Both the position numbers and the translations under genes were made by a program. Of a stretch of 32,431 nt of DNA, positions 1 to 12,000 are shown piece by piece. A model generated the notes under the pieces. It was not told where the DNA came from and ran no database searches. It was given only the letters and a program-made list of their open reading frames with translations. Source of the DNA: Octopus sinensis. Its lineage: Eukaryota. Location of the stretch: positions 1-32,431 of the forward strand of contig NW_021829662.1 in assembly GCF_006345805.1 (NCBI RefSeq). The letters are read 5' to 3'. Every line of letters begins with the position of its first letter. The stretch's first letter is position 1.

Positions 1-63
1 ACTCCCTACGAACTACATTAGGGGTACATGTGCCCGTGGAGTGCCCACCCCTTGCACATTAAT
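1..63 (+). mobile_element. Degenerate 3' fragment of SINE family A tail
   Basis: ACTCCCTACGAACTACATTAGGGGTACATGTGCCCGTGGAGTGC..CTTGCACATTAAT aligns by eye to the A tail (GAGAACTACGTTAAGGGTACACGTGTCTGTGGAGTGCTCAGCCACTTGCACGTTAAT) seen at 586-965 and 18491-18876. Confidence 0.7.
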
Positions 64-85
64 AAATATTTATAATAAATGTATA

Positions 86-257
86 GGTGCAGGAGTGGCT
101 GTGTGGTAAGTAGCTTGCATACCAACCACATGGTTCCAGTTTCAGTCCCACTGCGTGGCACCTTGGGCAAATGTCTTCTACTATAGCCGCGGGCCGACCA
201 AAGCCTTGTGAGTGGATTTGACAGACGGAAACTGAAAGAAGCCGGGTCGTATATATG

Positions 258-312
<55 letters not shown>

Positions 313-567
313 TATATATATATGTATGATGTATGTATGTATGTATTGTGTTATGTTTGTGTGTCTGTGTTTGTCCTCCCCAACATCGCTTGACAACCGA
401 TGCTGGTGTGTTTACGTCCCTGAAACTTAGCGGTTCGGCAAAAGAGTCCGATAGAATAAGTACCAGGCTTGCAAAGAATAAATCCTGAGATCGATTTGCT
501 CGACGAAAGGCGGTGCTCCAGCATGGCAGCAGTGAAATGACTGAAACAAGTAGAAGAGTAAAAGAGT
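86..567 (+). mobile_element. tRNA-derived SINE family B, near full length, with internal (TA)n expansion
   Basis: A-box-like GTGGCTGTGTGG and B-box-like GTTTCAGTCCC; central GCCTTGTGAGTGGATTTG..ACGGAAACTGAAAGAAGCC; tail repeats AAAAGAGT; homologous copies at 3640, 23078 and 27696. Confidence 0.9.
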
Positions 568-585
568 ATGTATATATATAATCGT

Positions 586-965
586 GGCACTCCGTCGGTT
601 GCGACGACGAGGGTTCCAGTTGGTCCGACCAACGGAACAGCGTGCTCGTGAAATTAACGTGCAAGTGGCTGAGCACTCCACAGACAAGTGTACCCTTAAC
701 GAAGTTCTCGGGAAGATTCAGCATGACACAGAGTGTGACAAGGCTGGCCCTTTGAAATACAGTTACAACAGAAACAGGAAGAAAGAATGAGAGAAAGTTG
801 GGGCGGAAGAGTACAGCAGGGTTCACCACCACCCCCTGCCGGAGGATCGTGTAGCTTTAGGTGTTTTCGCTCAATAAACATTCACAACGCCCGGTCTGGG
901 AATCGAAACCACGATCCTCCGACCGCGAGTCCACTGCCCTAACCACTGGGCCATTACGCCTCCAC
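586..965 (-). mobile_element. tRNA-derived SINE family A, full length
   Basis: Minus strand begins GTGGAGGCGTAATGGCCCAGTGGTTAGGGCAGTGGACTC (A box) with GGTTTCGATTCCC (B box) and ends ..CAACCGACGGAGTGCC; near-identical copies at 18491 and 21892. Confidence 0.92.
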
Positions 966-1030
966 GTATATATATAATAAATAATATATAATAAATATAA
1001 TATATAATGAATATATAATGTATATACACA

Positions 1031-1160
1031 CTGGTAGCGTAGAGAGGTGGGCTGGTATGTATGGGCGACTGCTGGTCTTCCATAAACAATCTTGCCCGGA
1101 CTTGTGCCTGGGAGGGGAACTTTCTAGGTGCAACCCCACTGTCAGTCAGAAGGGGGTCTC
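1031..1160 (+). mobile_element. 3' part of SINE family C
   Basis: GGCTGGTATGTATGGGCGACTGCTGGTCTTCCATAAACAATCTTGCCCGGACTTGTGCC matches the reverse complement of 20415-20545. Confidence 0.75.
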
Positions 1161-1169
1161 AACAGCAAT

Positions 1170-1222
1170 ACACACTCACACATACATACATACATTCATA
1201 CATACATACATACATACTTTAC

Positions 1223-1292
<70 letters not shown>

Positions 1293-1365
1293 ATAGGATT
1301 AGCTCGTATACGAGTAGGTATATATTTGTAAAAAACTTCATTTTTTACAAATATATATATTATAT

Positions 1366-1400
<35 letters not shown>

Positions 1401-1573
1401 GTGTATGTATGTATATGCATACGTATGTATATATAGATGTATATGTATATATATATATATAGTGTATATATATTACATATATACACACACACACAAATAC
1501 ACACACAAATACACACATATATATATACATACAGACATATGTATATGTATGTGTTAGATGTGTAATGTGTGCG

Positions 1574-1626
<53 letters not shown>

Positions 1627-1693
1627 CATATATAATATACATACGTATACATATACATACATACACATATATATATACATATATATATATACA

Positions 1694-1749
<56 letters not shown>

Positions 1750-1776
1750 ATATATCATACCACACACACACACACG

Positions 1777-1828
<52 letters not shown>

Positions 1829-1900
1829 ATATATATACATACATACACACAACACACACATATATATATAGTGAGAGAGAGAGAGGAAGAGAGAGAGGAG
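1170..1900. repeat. Compound (CATA)n/(TA)n/(CA)n/(GA)n microsatellite tract
   Basis: Directly visible simple repeats. Confidence 0.95.
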
Positions 1901-2157
1901 AGCGAGAGAGATGTACTCGCATAGCAAGTGATTGATCTGAGATCGTGTGCTGAAACGAAAACAATTGCAGCGTGGAAGGTGTTTATAAGCCATTTAAGAA
2001 AAACACACAAAAGCCGTTCGATTCACTTCAACATTTAAGTTTAATTTGTCAAAATATTTCGTCGCATAAAATCCGCGACCTGTTCACTGACAAAAATCCT
2101 GCGCATTATATATACTATATATATTATATATCTATATATATATATATATATATATAG

Positions 2158-2213
<56 letters not shown>

Positions 2214-2800
2214 GTGTGTGTGTATATTATATATATGTGGGTATATATAAAACAACGTGCGCTGTGACGTAACACCGTTCCCAATTTTCTGTACAGCCTA
2301 CCGTTAATTCCCCGTTAATTCAACCGTTTGTGGATTATACAAATGATTCCTCTTCAAAAGCTGCTTGGAAAGGCATAAACAACGCTAAACAACCTTCTTC
2401 GTATCCATACGATATCGTGTCCTATAAATATATTTACAAATGGCTGTGATAATATATGTGTAGCTGAATGTGTGTATGTATGTGCGTGTGTGTGTGTGTG
2501 TGTGCATGTGTGTGTGTTTAAATGCAAGTATGCGTTCGTGTGAGTAAATATACAGGTAACGACATCGATTTTCCGGAACGGTTAGCTCTGAAGTTTTTCC
2601 TGTTTGGTGGTGTTTCCGAAAGAGCGATTGGTAACCTCCAAATTAAACTATGAATAAATTTACTTTGATTAATTAAGTGCAAATTAATACTTTAATAATT
2701 AATGCGAATTGGTGCAGTTTGTAACAGTTTTTAGACTGTGAGTAACCGGACAGAATGTTGGCGTTGTAATTATGACGTTAAAAAGGATATATACGTATAT

Positions 2801-2829
<29 letters not shown>

Positions 2830-2878
<49 letters not shown>

Positions 2879-2945
2879 GAGATAGATAGATAGATAGATA
2901 GACAGATAGATAGATAGACAGATAGGTATAGATAGATAGATAGAC

Positions 2946-3005
<60 letters not shown>

Positions 3006-3036
3006 CGATCGATACATAAGTAGGTAGGTATGTAGG

Positions 3037-3122
<86 letters not shown>
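2830..3122. repeat. (TAGA)n microsatellite
   Basis: Directly visible, about 290 bp. Confidence 0.97.
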
Positions 3123-3123
<1 letters not shown>

Positions 3124-3263
3124 GAAATACAACATATGAATATATATATTTTTTATCCATATGAGAATGTTTGTATATATATTGTGTGACTGTACATACA
3201 TACCTACATATATATATCATATACATATATATCTATAATATAGTATATATATATATATATATA

Positions 3264-3311
<48 letters not shown>

Positions 3312-3513
3312 TAATATATATACACACTCACCACACGTACGCACACATACACACATACACACATATATATACAGAGGCATTGCATGTACACTTCAATATG
3401 TCGTCTATTAGTGTTGAATCTTCTGAAAGGTCAACCAATTGACTCTCCTTATCTTTTCGTGTGTCAGATAAATACATACTACACCTATTGATTTGAATTT
3501 ACATACATACATG

Positions 3514-3561
<48 letters not shown>

Positions 3562-3639
3562 GTGTGCGTGTGTGTTGGCGTAGATATATATATATATATA
3601 TACATGTAGGTGTGTATATATATATATATATATAATATA

Positions 3640-4021
3640 GAAGCAGAGTGGCTGTGTGGTAAATAGCTTCCTAACCAACCACAGGGTTCCGGGATCAGTC
3701 CCACTGCGTGGCACCTTGGGCAAGTGTCTTCTGCTTTAACCCCGGGCCAACCAAAGCCTTGTGAGTGGATTTGGTAGACGGAAACTGAAAGAAGCCCGCC
3801 GTATATATGTATATATATATATATATATGTATGTATGTGTGTGTGTTTGCGTGTCTGTGTTTGCCCCCTAGCATTGCTTAACAACCGATGCTGGTGTGTT
3901 TATGTCCCCGTCACTTAGCGGTTCGGCAAAAAGAGACCGATAGAATAAGTATTAGGCTTACAAAGAATAAGTCCCGGGGTCGAGTTGCTCGACTAAAGGC
4001 GCTGCTCCAGCATTGCCGCTG
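3640..4021 (+). mobile_element. SINE family B copy lacking the extreme 3' tail
   Basis: Same head, central domain and 3' part as 86-567. Confidence 0.88.
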
Positions 4022-4093
4022 TACTTATTCTATCGGTCTCTTTTGCCGAACCGCTAAGTGATGGGGACGTAAACACACCAGCATCGGTTGTCA
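4022..4093 (-). mobile_element. Inverted internal fragment of SINE family B
   Basis: Reverse complement of 3882-3950 (ACAACCGATGCTGGTGTGTTTA..GATAGAATAAGTA). Confidence 0.8.
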
Positions 4094-4103
4094 TTCTTCT
4101 TAT

Positions 4104-4320
4104 CCTTTTACTTGTTTCAATCATCTGACTGCGGCCATGCTAGAACAGCGCTTTTTAGTCGGACAATTCGACCCCATGACTTATTTCTGGTTTTTTTTTA
4201 AGCTTAGTACTTATGCTATCGGAATCTTTTGACGTACCGCTAGGTTATGGACGCGTAGACACACCAACACCGGTTGTCAATCAAACTGTAGTGGTGGGGA
4301 ACAGACACAAAGATACACAC
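4104..4320 (-). mobile_element. Older, diverged family B-like SINE 3' half
   Basis: TTTTACTTGTTTCAATCATCTGACTGCGGCCATGCT..CACACCAACACCGGTTGTC matches the B tail with many substitutions. Confidence 0.7.
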
Positions 4321-4381
4321 AAGCAAATATATACATATATATACATACATACATACATACATACATACATACATACATACA

Positions 4382-4412
<31 letters not shown>

Positions 4413-4511
4413 GCATACATAATTACACACATGGGTACATGTGTGTACGGACATTTACTTTTACGCATGCTAACGGTGTTATATACACGCGAGAGAGCGC
4501 CTGTGTGTGTG

Positions 4512-4563
<52 letters not shown>

Positions 4564-4791
4564 ATACATATATTTAACAATTCGCCGTGTACATAATGTC
4601 ATATGTTTGCAGGGAATCCTACTTGAGCCTTTGCGTCTGCATAAAGTTTGTGCCTATGTGTATATGTCTGTATGTAAGTATTCTTGTGTGTGTGTGTGTG
4701 TTTAAATGCAGAAGATATTTTCGTATCTACGAGCGTTGTCTGCACACTGTAATGGGACAGAATTAAATATCTCTGCAACGTCTGTGGTGAA

Positions 4792-5000
4792 GGTGCATGG
4801 CTAAGTGGCAAGAGGGCCGGGCTTACAATCGTGCGGTAGTGAGTTCGATTTCCGGACCGGACTGTCTGTTGTGTTCTTGAGCAAGACACTTTATTTCACG
4901 TGGCTCCTCTTCACTCATCTGTAGAAATGAGTTGCAACATCACTGGTGCCAAGCTGTATCGGCCCCTTTGCCTTTTTCCCTGGATAACATCGGTGACGTG
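4792..5000 (+). mobile_element. SINE family C 5' part (tRNA head and centre)
   Basis: A box TGGCTAAGTGG, B box GAGTTCGATTTCC, then TTGTGTTCTTGAGCAAGACACTTTATTTCAC; homologous to 20410-20694 (minus). Confidence 0.82.
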
Positions 5001-5099
5001 TTTCGCTCATAAACACACACATCGCCCGGTCTGAGATTCGAACCCGCGGTCCCTCGACCGCGAGTCCGCTGCTCTAACCACTAAGCCATGTACCTCCAC
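5001..5099 (-). mobile_element. SINE A-type tRNA head fragment
   Basis: Minus strand GTGGAGGTACATGGCTTAGTGGTTAGAGCAGCGGACTCGCGGTCG..GGTTCGAATCTC. Confidence 0.8.
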
Positions 5100-5335
5100 C
5101 GGTGCGTTGTGTTCTTCAGCAGGACGCTTTATTTCACGTTGCTCCAGTCCACTCAGCTGGCAAAAATAAGTTGTAGCTGATATTTGAAGGGCCAGCCTTG
5201 ACATAGTGTTTGTCAGCTGAATCTGCCTGAGAACTACGTTAAGGGTACGTGTGTCTGTGGAGTGCTCAGCCACTTCCACGTTAATTTCATGAGCAGGTTA
5301 TTCCGTTGATCGGATCAAATGTAACCTTCGATGGT
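5100..5335 (+). mobile_element. Mosaic SINE: family C centre joined to family A tail
   Basis: TTGTGTTCTTCAGCAGGACGCTTTATTTCACGTTGCTCCAGTCCACTCAGCTG (C-like) runs into TATTTGAAGGGCCAGCCTTG..GAGAACTACGTTAAGGGTAC (A tail). Confidence 0.72.
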
Positions 5336-6059
5336 CCTGTTGCTGGATGCCTGTGTCCCTGGAGATTACATCAGGGTAGGAGGGTTGCGCCCTCTGGTAT
5401 CGCGAGCAGATGGCTTCCAGAGGAGAAGAGTAGAAATTACCTCGTTTTCAGTTCTACAACCATATAAATGTAATTCAACGTAGAAACAATAATTAACATT
5501 AAAATAATTTTTTTATTTTTCAAAACAGAAAGATACAAAATAATTCTTATTTTTGAATACTTCCACTTTATCATATTTCAAAAGTTTTCTGCTACTTTCA
5601 GTTGCAAAGTTTTCTGATTATGTATTGTGTAATGTGTTGTTACATTTAAGTGAAGTATTGCACTGTGTTGTGGTGCCCGGATGTATAAGATATGTAGGGT
5701 GTTTTCCTCTGGTGGCAACACCACAACATCAAAAGTTGCACCGCTAATATAGAATCGAAGTAATAAAAATACAACATTGACATCACAACTGCACGACCCC
5801 TGCATAGAGATTACAAAAACATCACGTAACATCAGCTTCACAAAAGCAGCATCCTATTAACATCTCAAGAGAAGTACCCCGATATCAAACATCACGATAA
5901 AAGGACTTGCGCATCAATATCAAAACATCGACATCAGAACAACAGTAGACCAATACAAAGAATGCAACAGCAGCACTTCGAAATCACAACACAGGAATCC
6001 TAACATTAACATCAAGACAGAAACACACATCTGTATCATAAAAACAGTATCCCACTTAC

Positions 6060-9000
6060 AATATCACAACAGCAGAATCCCAACATCACACCGGCACCCC
6101 CAACATCACACTAGCACCCCCAAAGTCATACCGGAACGACCAAAATCACATCAACACCCCAAATATCGACCAGCACACCAAATACCGACCAGCACCCCAA
6201 CATCACATAAGCACACTAAACATCACACGAGCACCACCAACATCACACTAGCACCCCCAAAGTCATACCGGAACGACCAAAATCACATCAACACCCCAAA
6301 TATCGACCAGCACCCCAAATACCGACCAGCACCCCACATCACATAAGCACACTAAACATCACACGAGCACCACCAACATCACACTAGCACCCCCAAAGTC
6401 ATACCGGAACGACCAAAATCACATCAACACCCCAAATATCGACCAGCACCCCAAATACCGACCAGCACCCCAACATCACATAAGCACACTAAACATCACA
6501 CGAGCACCACCAACATCACACTAGCACCCCCAAAGTCATACCGGAACGACCAAAATCACATCAACACCCCAAATATCGACCAGCACACCAAATACCGACC
6601 AGCACCCCAACATCACATAAGCACACTAAACATCACACGAGCACCACCAACATCACACTAGCACCCCCAAAGTCATACCGGAACGACCAAAATCACATCA
6701 ACACCCCAAATATCGACCAGCACCCCAAATACCGACCAGCACCCCAACATCACATAAGCACACTAAACATCACACGAGCACCACCAACATCACACTAGCA
6801 CACCCAAAGTCATACCGGAACGACCAAAATCACATCAACACCCCAAATATCGACCAGCACCCCAAATACCGACCAGCACCCCAACATCACATAAGCACAC
6901 TAAACATCACACGAGCACCACCAACATCAAACCGGCAGCCCAAAATCACAACAGAAACACCGAAATCACAACAGTTCCCCCAACATCACACCAGCACTCT
7001 CAACATCACTTCAGCACTCTCAAAAGCACACTAGCACTCCCAACATCATACCAGCGCACCCAACATCACACCAGCACCCCAACATCACACTAGCACCCCC
7101 AAAATCATACCAGAACCCCCAAAATCACATCAGCACCCCAAATATCACACCAGCACCCCCAAAATCACACTAACACTCTTAACATCACACCAGCACTCTC
7201 AACATCACAACAGCACCCCCAACATCACACCAACACCCCCAACATCACAACAGCACACCCAACATCACACCAGCACTCTCAACATCACACCAGCACTTCC
7301 AACATAACAACAGCACCCCCAACATCACACCAGCACCCCAACATCACACTAGCACCCCCAACATCATACCAGAACCGCCAAAATCACATCAGCACCCCAA
7401 GTATCACGCCAGCACCCCCAAAATCGCACCAGCACCCCCAACATCACACCAGCACATCCAACATCACACCAGCACCTCCAACATCACAACAGCACCCCCA
7501 ACATCACAACAGCACCCCCAACATCACAACAGCAACCACGAAATCACAACAGCAGCCCCAACATCACACCAGCACATCCAACATCACACCAGCACCCTCA
7601 ACATCACAACAGCACCCCCAACATCACAACAGCAACCACGAAATCACAACAGCAGCCCCAACATCACACCAGCACATCCAACATCACACCAGCACCCTCA
7701 ACATCACAACAGCACCCCCAACATCACACCAGCACATCCAACATCACACGAGCACCCCCAACATCACAACAGCACGCCCAACATCACAACAGCACTCTCA
7801 ACATCACAACAGCACCTCCAACATCACAACAGCACCCACAACATCACAACAGCACTCTCAACATCACAACAGCATACTTAACATCACACCAGCACTCTCA
7901 AAATCACACCAGCACCCCCAACTTCACATCAGCAACCCTGACATCGCACCAGCAACACTGACATCACACCAGTACCCCCAACATCACACCAGAAACAACA
8001 ACATCACATGAGTAACACCCACAACGCACCAGCACACCCAACATCACAACAGCACCCCCAACATCACATCAGCACCCCAAATATCACACCAGCACTCCCA
8101 ACATCACAACAGCATTCTCAACATCACACCAGCAACCCCAACATCACACCAGCACTCACAACATCACACGAGCACCTCCAACATCACACCAGCACTCTCA
8201 ACATCACACCAGCACACCCAACATCACACCAGCACACACAACATCACACCAGCACACTCAACATCACACCAGCACCCCCAACATCACACCAGCACACTCA
8301 ACATCACACCAGCACCCCCAACATCACACCAGCACACTCAACATCACACCAGCACACTCAACACCACACCAGCACCTCCAACATCACACCAGCACACTCA
8401 ACATCACACCAGCACACTCAACATCACACTAGCACCCCCAATATCACAACAGCAACACCGACATCGCAACAGCACCCCCAACATCACACTAGCACCCACA
8501 TGAGAAGAACAACAACACCGACATCACAACAGCACCCCCAACATCACACCAGCACCCACATCAGCACAACACCACCCCCAATATCACGAAAGCACCCCCA
8601 ACTTCACACTAGTACTCTTAATAACACACCAGTAACCCCAACATCACACCAGCGACCCCGACATCACAACAGCACCTCCAACATCGCACCAGCACTCTCA
8701 ACATCATACCAGCATCACCAACATAGCAACAGCACCCCCAACATCACACCAGGACACCCAACATCACATCAGCACTCTCAACATAACAGCAGCACTCTCA
8801 ACATCACACCAGCACCTCCAAACCAAAACAGCACCCACAACATCACACTAGCACTCCCGACATCACAACAGCAACCCCGACATCACAACAGCACCCTCAA
8901 CATCACACTAGCACTCTCAACATCACACCAGAACCCCCCAACATCACAACAGCAACCCCAACATAACTAAAGCACCCCCAACATAACACTAGCACTGTCA

Positions 9001-12000
9001 ATATCACAACAACACCTCCAACATCACACCAGCATCTCCAACATTACAACAGCACCCACAACATCACACCGGCACCCCTAAAATCCCACAAGCACTCTCA
9101 ACATCACAACAGCACCTCCAACATCACAACAGCACCTCCAACATCACACCAGCACTCTCAACATCACACCAGCACCTCCAACATCACACTAGCACCCACA
9201 ATATCACAACAGCAACACCGACATCGCAACAGCACACCCAACATCACACCAGCACTCCCAACATCACACTAGCATCCCCAACATCACAACAGCAACCCCG
9301 ACATCACCACAGCACCCCCAACATCACACCAGAACTCCCAACATCACACTGGCACACCCAACATAACACCAGCAACCCTGACATCACACCAGCACACACA
9401 ACATCACAACAGAACATCACACCAGCACACACAACATCACAACAGAACATCACACCAGCACACACAACATCACACCAGAAACAACAACATCATAAGAGTA
9501 ACACCAACAACACACCAGCACACCCAACATCACAACAGCACCCCCAACATCACATCAGCACTCTCAACATCACACTAGCATCCCGAACATCATACCAGCA
9601 CTCTCAAAATCACATCAGCACCCCCAACATCACAAAGCCACCCCGAAATCACAACAGCACCCCCAACATCACATCAGCACTCTCAACAGCACACTAGCAC
9701 CCCCAACATCATACCAGCACTCTCAACATCACACCAGCAACCCCGACATCACAACAGCACCTCCAACATCACACCAGCACTCTCAACATCACACGAGCAC
9801 TCCCAACATCACACCAGCACCCCCAACATCACACTAGCACTCTCAACATCACACCAGCACCCCCAACATCATAACAGCCACCCCGAAATCACAACAGCAC
9901 CCCCAACATCACATCAGCACTCTCAACAGCACACTAGCACCCCCAACATCATACCAGCACTCCCAACATCACACCAGCACCCACAACATCACACTAGAAC
10001 CCCCAACATCATACCAGAACCGCCAAAATCACATCAGCACCCCAAATATCACACCAGCACCCCCAACATCACACCAGCACATCCAACATCACACCAGCAC
10101 CCCCAACATCACAATAGCACCCCCAACATCACAACAGCACTCTCAACATCACAACAGCACCTCCAACATCACAACACCACCCCCAACATCACAACAGCAC
10201 CTCCAACATCACACCTGTACCTACAACATCACACCAGCACCACAAACATCACACTAGCACACACATCAGAACAACAGCAACCCCGACATCACAACAGCAC
10301 CTTCAACATCACACCAGCACCCCCAACATCACACCAGCTCCTCCCCACAACATTACACCAGCACTCTCAACATCACACTAGCACACCCAACATCACACCC
10401 CCCCCAAATCACACCAGCCCTACAACATCACACCAGCACCCCCAAATTCCCACCCGCACATCCAACATCACACCAGCACCCCCAACATCACAACAGCACC
10501 CCCAACATCACAACAGCACTCCCAACATCACACCAGCACCTCCAACATCACACGAGCATACTCAACATCACACGAGCACCACCAACATCACACCGGCACC
10601 CCCAACATCACAACAGGAACCACGAAATCACAACAGCAGCCCCAACATCACACCAGCATTCTCAACATCACGCCAGCACGCCCAACATCACGCCAGCACT
10701 CACAACATCACACCAGCACCCCCAACATCACAACAGCACTCCCAACATCACAACAGCACTCTCAACATCACACCAGCAACCCCAACATCACACCAGCAAC
10801 CCCGACATTACAACAGCACCCCCAACATCATACCAGAACCGCCGAAATCACATCAGCACCCCAAATATCACACCAGCACCCCCGACATCACACCAGCACA
10901 TCCAAAATCACACCAGCACTCCCAACATTACAACAGCACCCCCAACATCACAACAGCACTCTCAACACCACAACAGTACCTCCAACATCACAACAGCACC
11001 CCCAACATCACACAAGGAACCCCAACATCACACCAGCAGCCCCAACATCACACCAGCACTCCCAACATCACAACAGCAACCCCGACATCACAACAGCACC
11101 CCCAACATCACACTAGCACTCTCAACATCACTAAAGCACCCCCAACATAACACTAGCACTGTCAATATCACAACAGCAACACCAACATCACACCGGCACA
11201 CCTACAATCACACCAGCACTCTCAACATCACAACAGCACCTCCAACATCACAACAGCACCTATAACATCACACCAGCAATCTCAACATCACACCAACACC
11301 CCAACATCACACTAGCACCCCCAATATCACAACAGCAACACCGACATCGCACACCCAACATCACACTGGCACCCCCAACATCACACCAGCAACCCCGACA
11401 TCACAACAGCACCCCCCACATCACACCTACACCCCAAACATCACAGCAGCACCCTAACATAACACCAGCACACACAACATCACACCAGTACCCCCAACAT
11501 CACACCAGAAACAACAACATCACAAGAGTAACACCAACAACACACCAGCACACCCAACATCACAACAGTACCCACAACATCACACCAGAACCTCCAACGT
11601 CACACCAGCACCCCTGAGATCACAAGAGTAATCCAAGCTCACACCAGCCCCCCAACATCTCTCCAGCACCACCAACATCACACCAGTACCCCCAACATCA
11701 CACAAGCACTCTCAACATCACACATAGCAACCCCGACATCACACCAGCACCCCCATCATCACACCAGCACCCAAATCAGCACAAAACCACCCCCAAAATC
11801 ACACCAGCAACCCCGTCAACACAACACTAACGCCAACATTACACCAGCACACCCAACATCACACCAGCAACCCCTACATAACATAAGCACTCTCAACATC
11901 ACACCAGCACACCCAACATCACACCAGCACCCCCAACATCACAACATCATCCACATCAACACAACACCACCCCCAACATCACACCAGCAGCCCCAACATT

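Noticed and set aside
59-832. 257-aa minus-strand ORF and similar ORFs at 18538 and 21937 (MVVxPAVLF..)
   Set aside because: They are chance open frames through SINE A and B, recur wherever the SINE recurs, and have no recognisable domain.
1061-3226. Many YI/IYLS/MYVC-rich ORFs here and at 22.5-25, 27.5-28.5 and 30-31 kb
   Set aside because: They are translations of (TA)n, (TAGA)n and (TATG)n microsatellites.
8008-8970. 320-aa His/Thr/Pro-rich mucin-like ORF (also 13399-14037 and 14145-14489)
   Set aside because: It is a translation of the 20-bp minisatellite. The strand has few stop codons by composition, the period is not a multiple of 3, and indels elsewhere in the array break frames freely.
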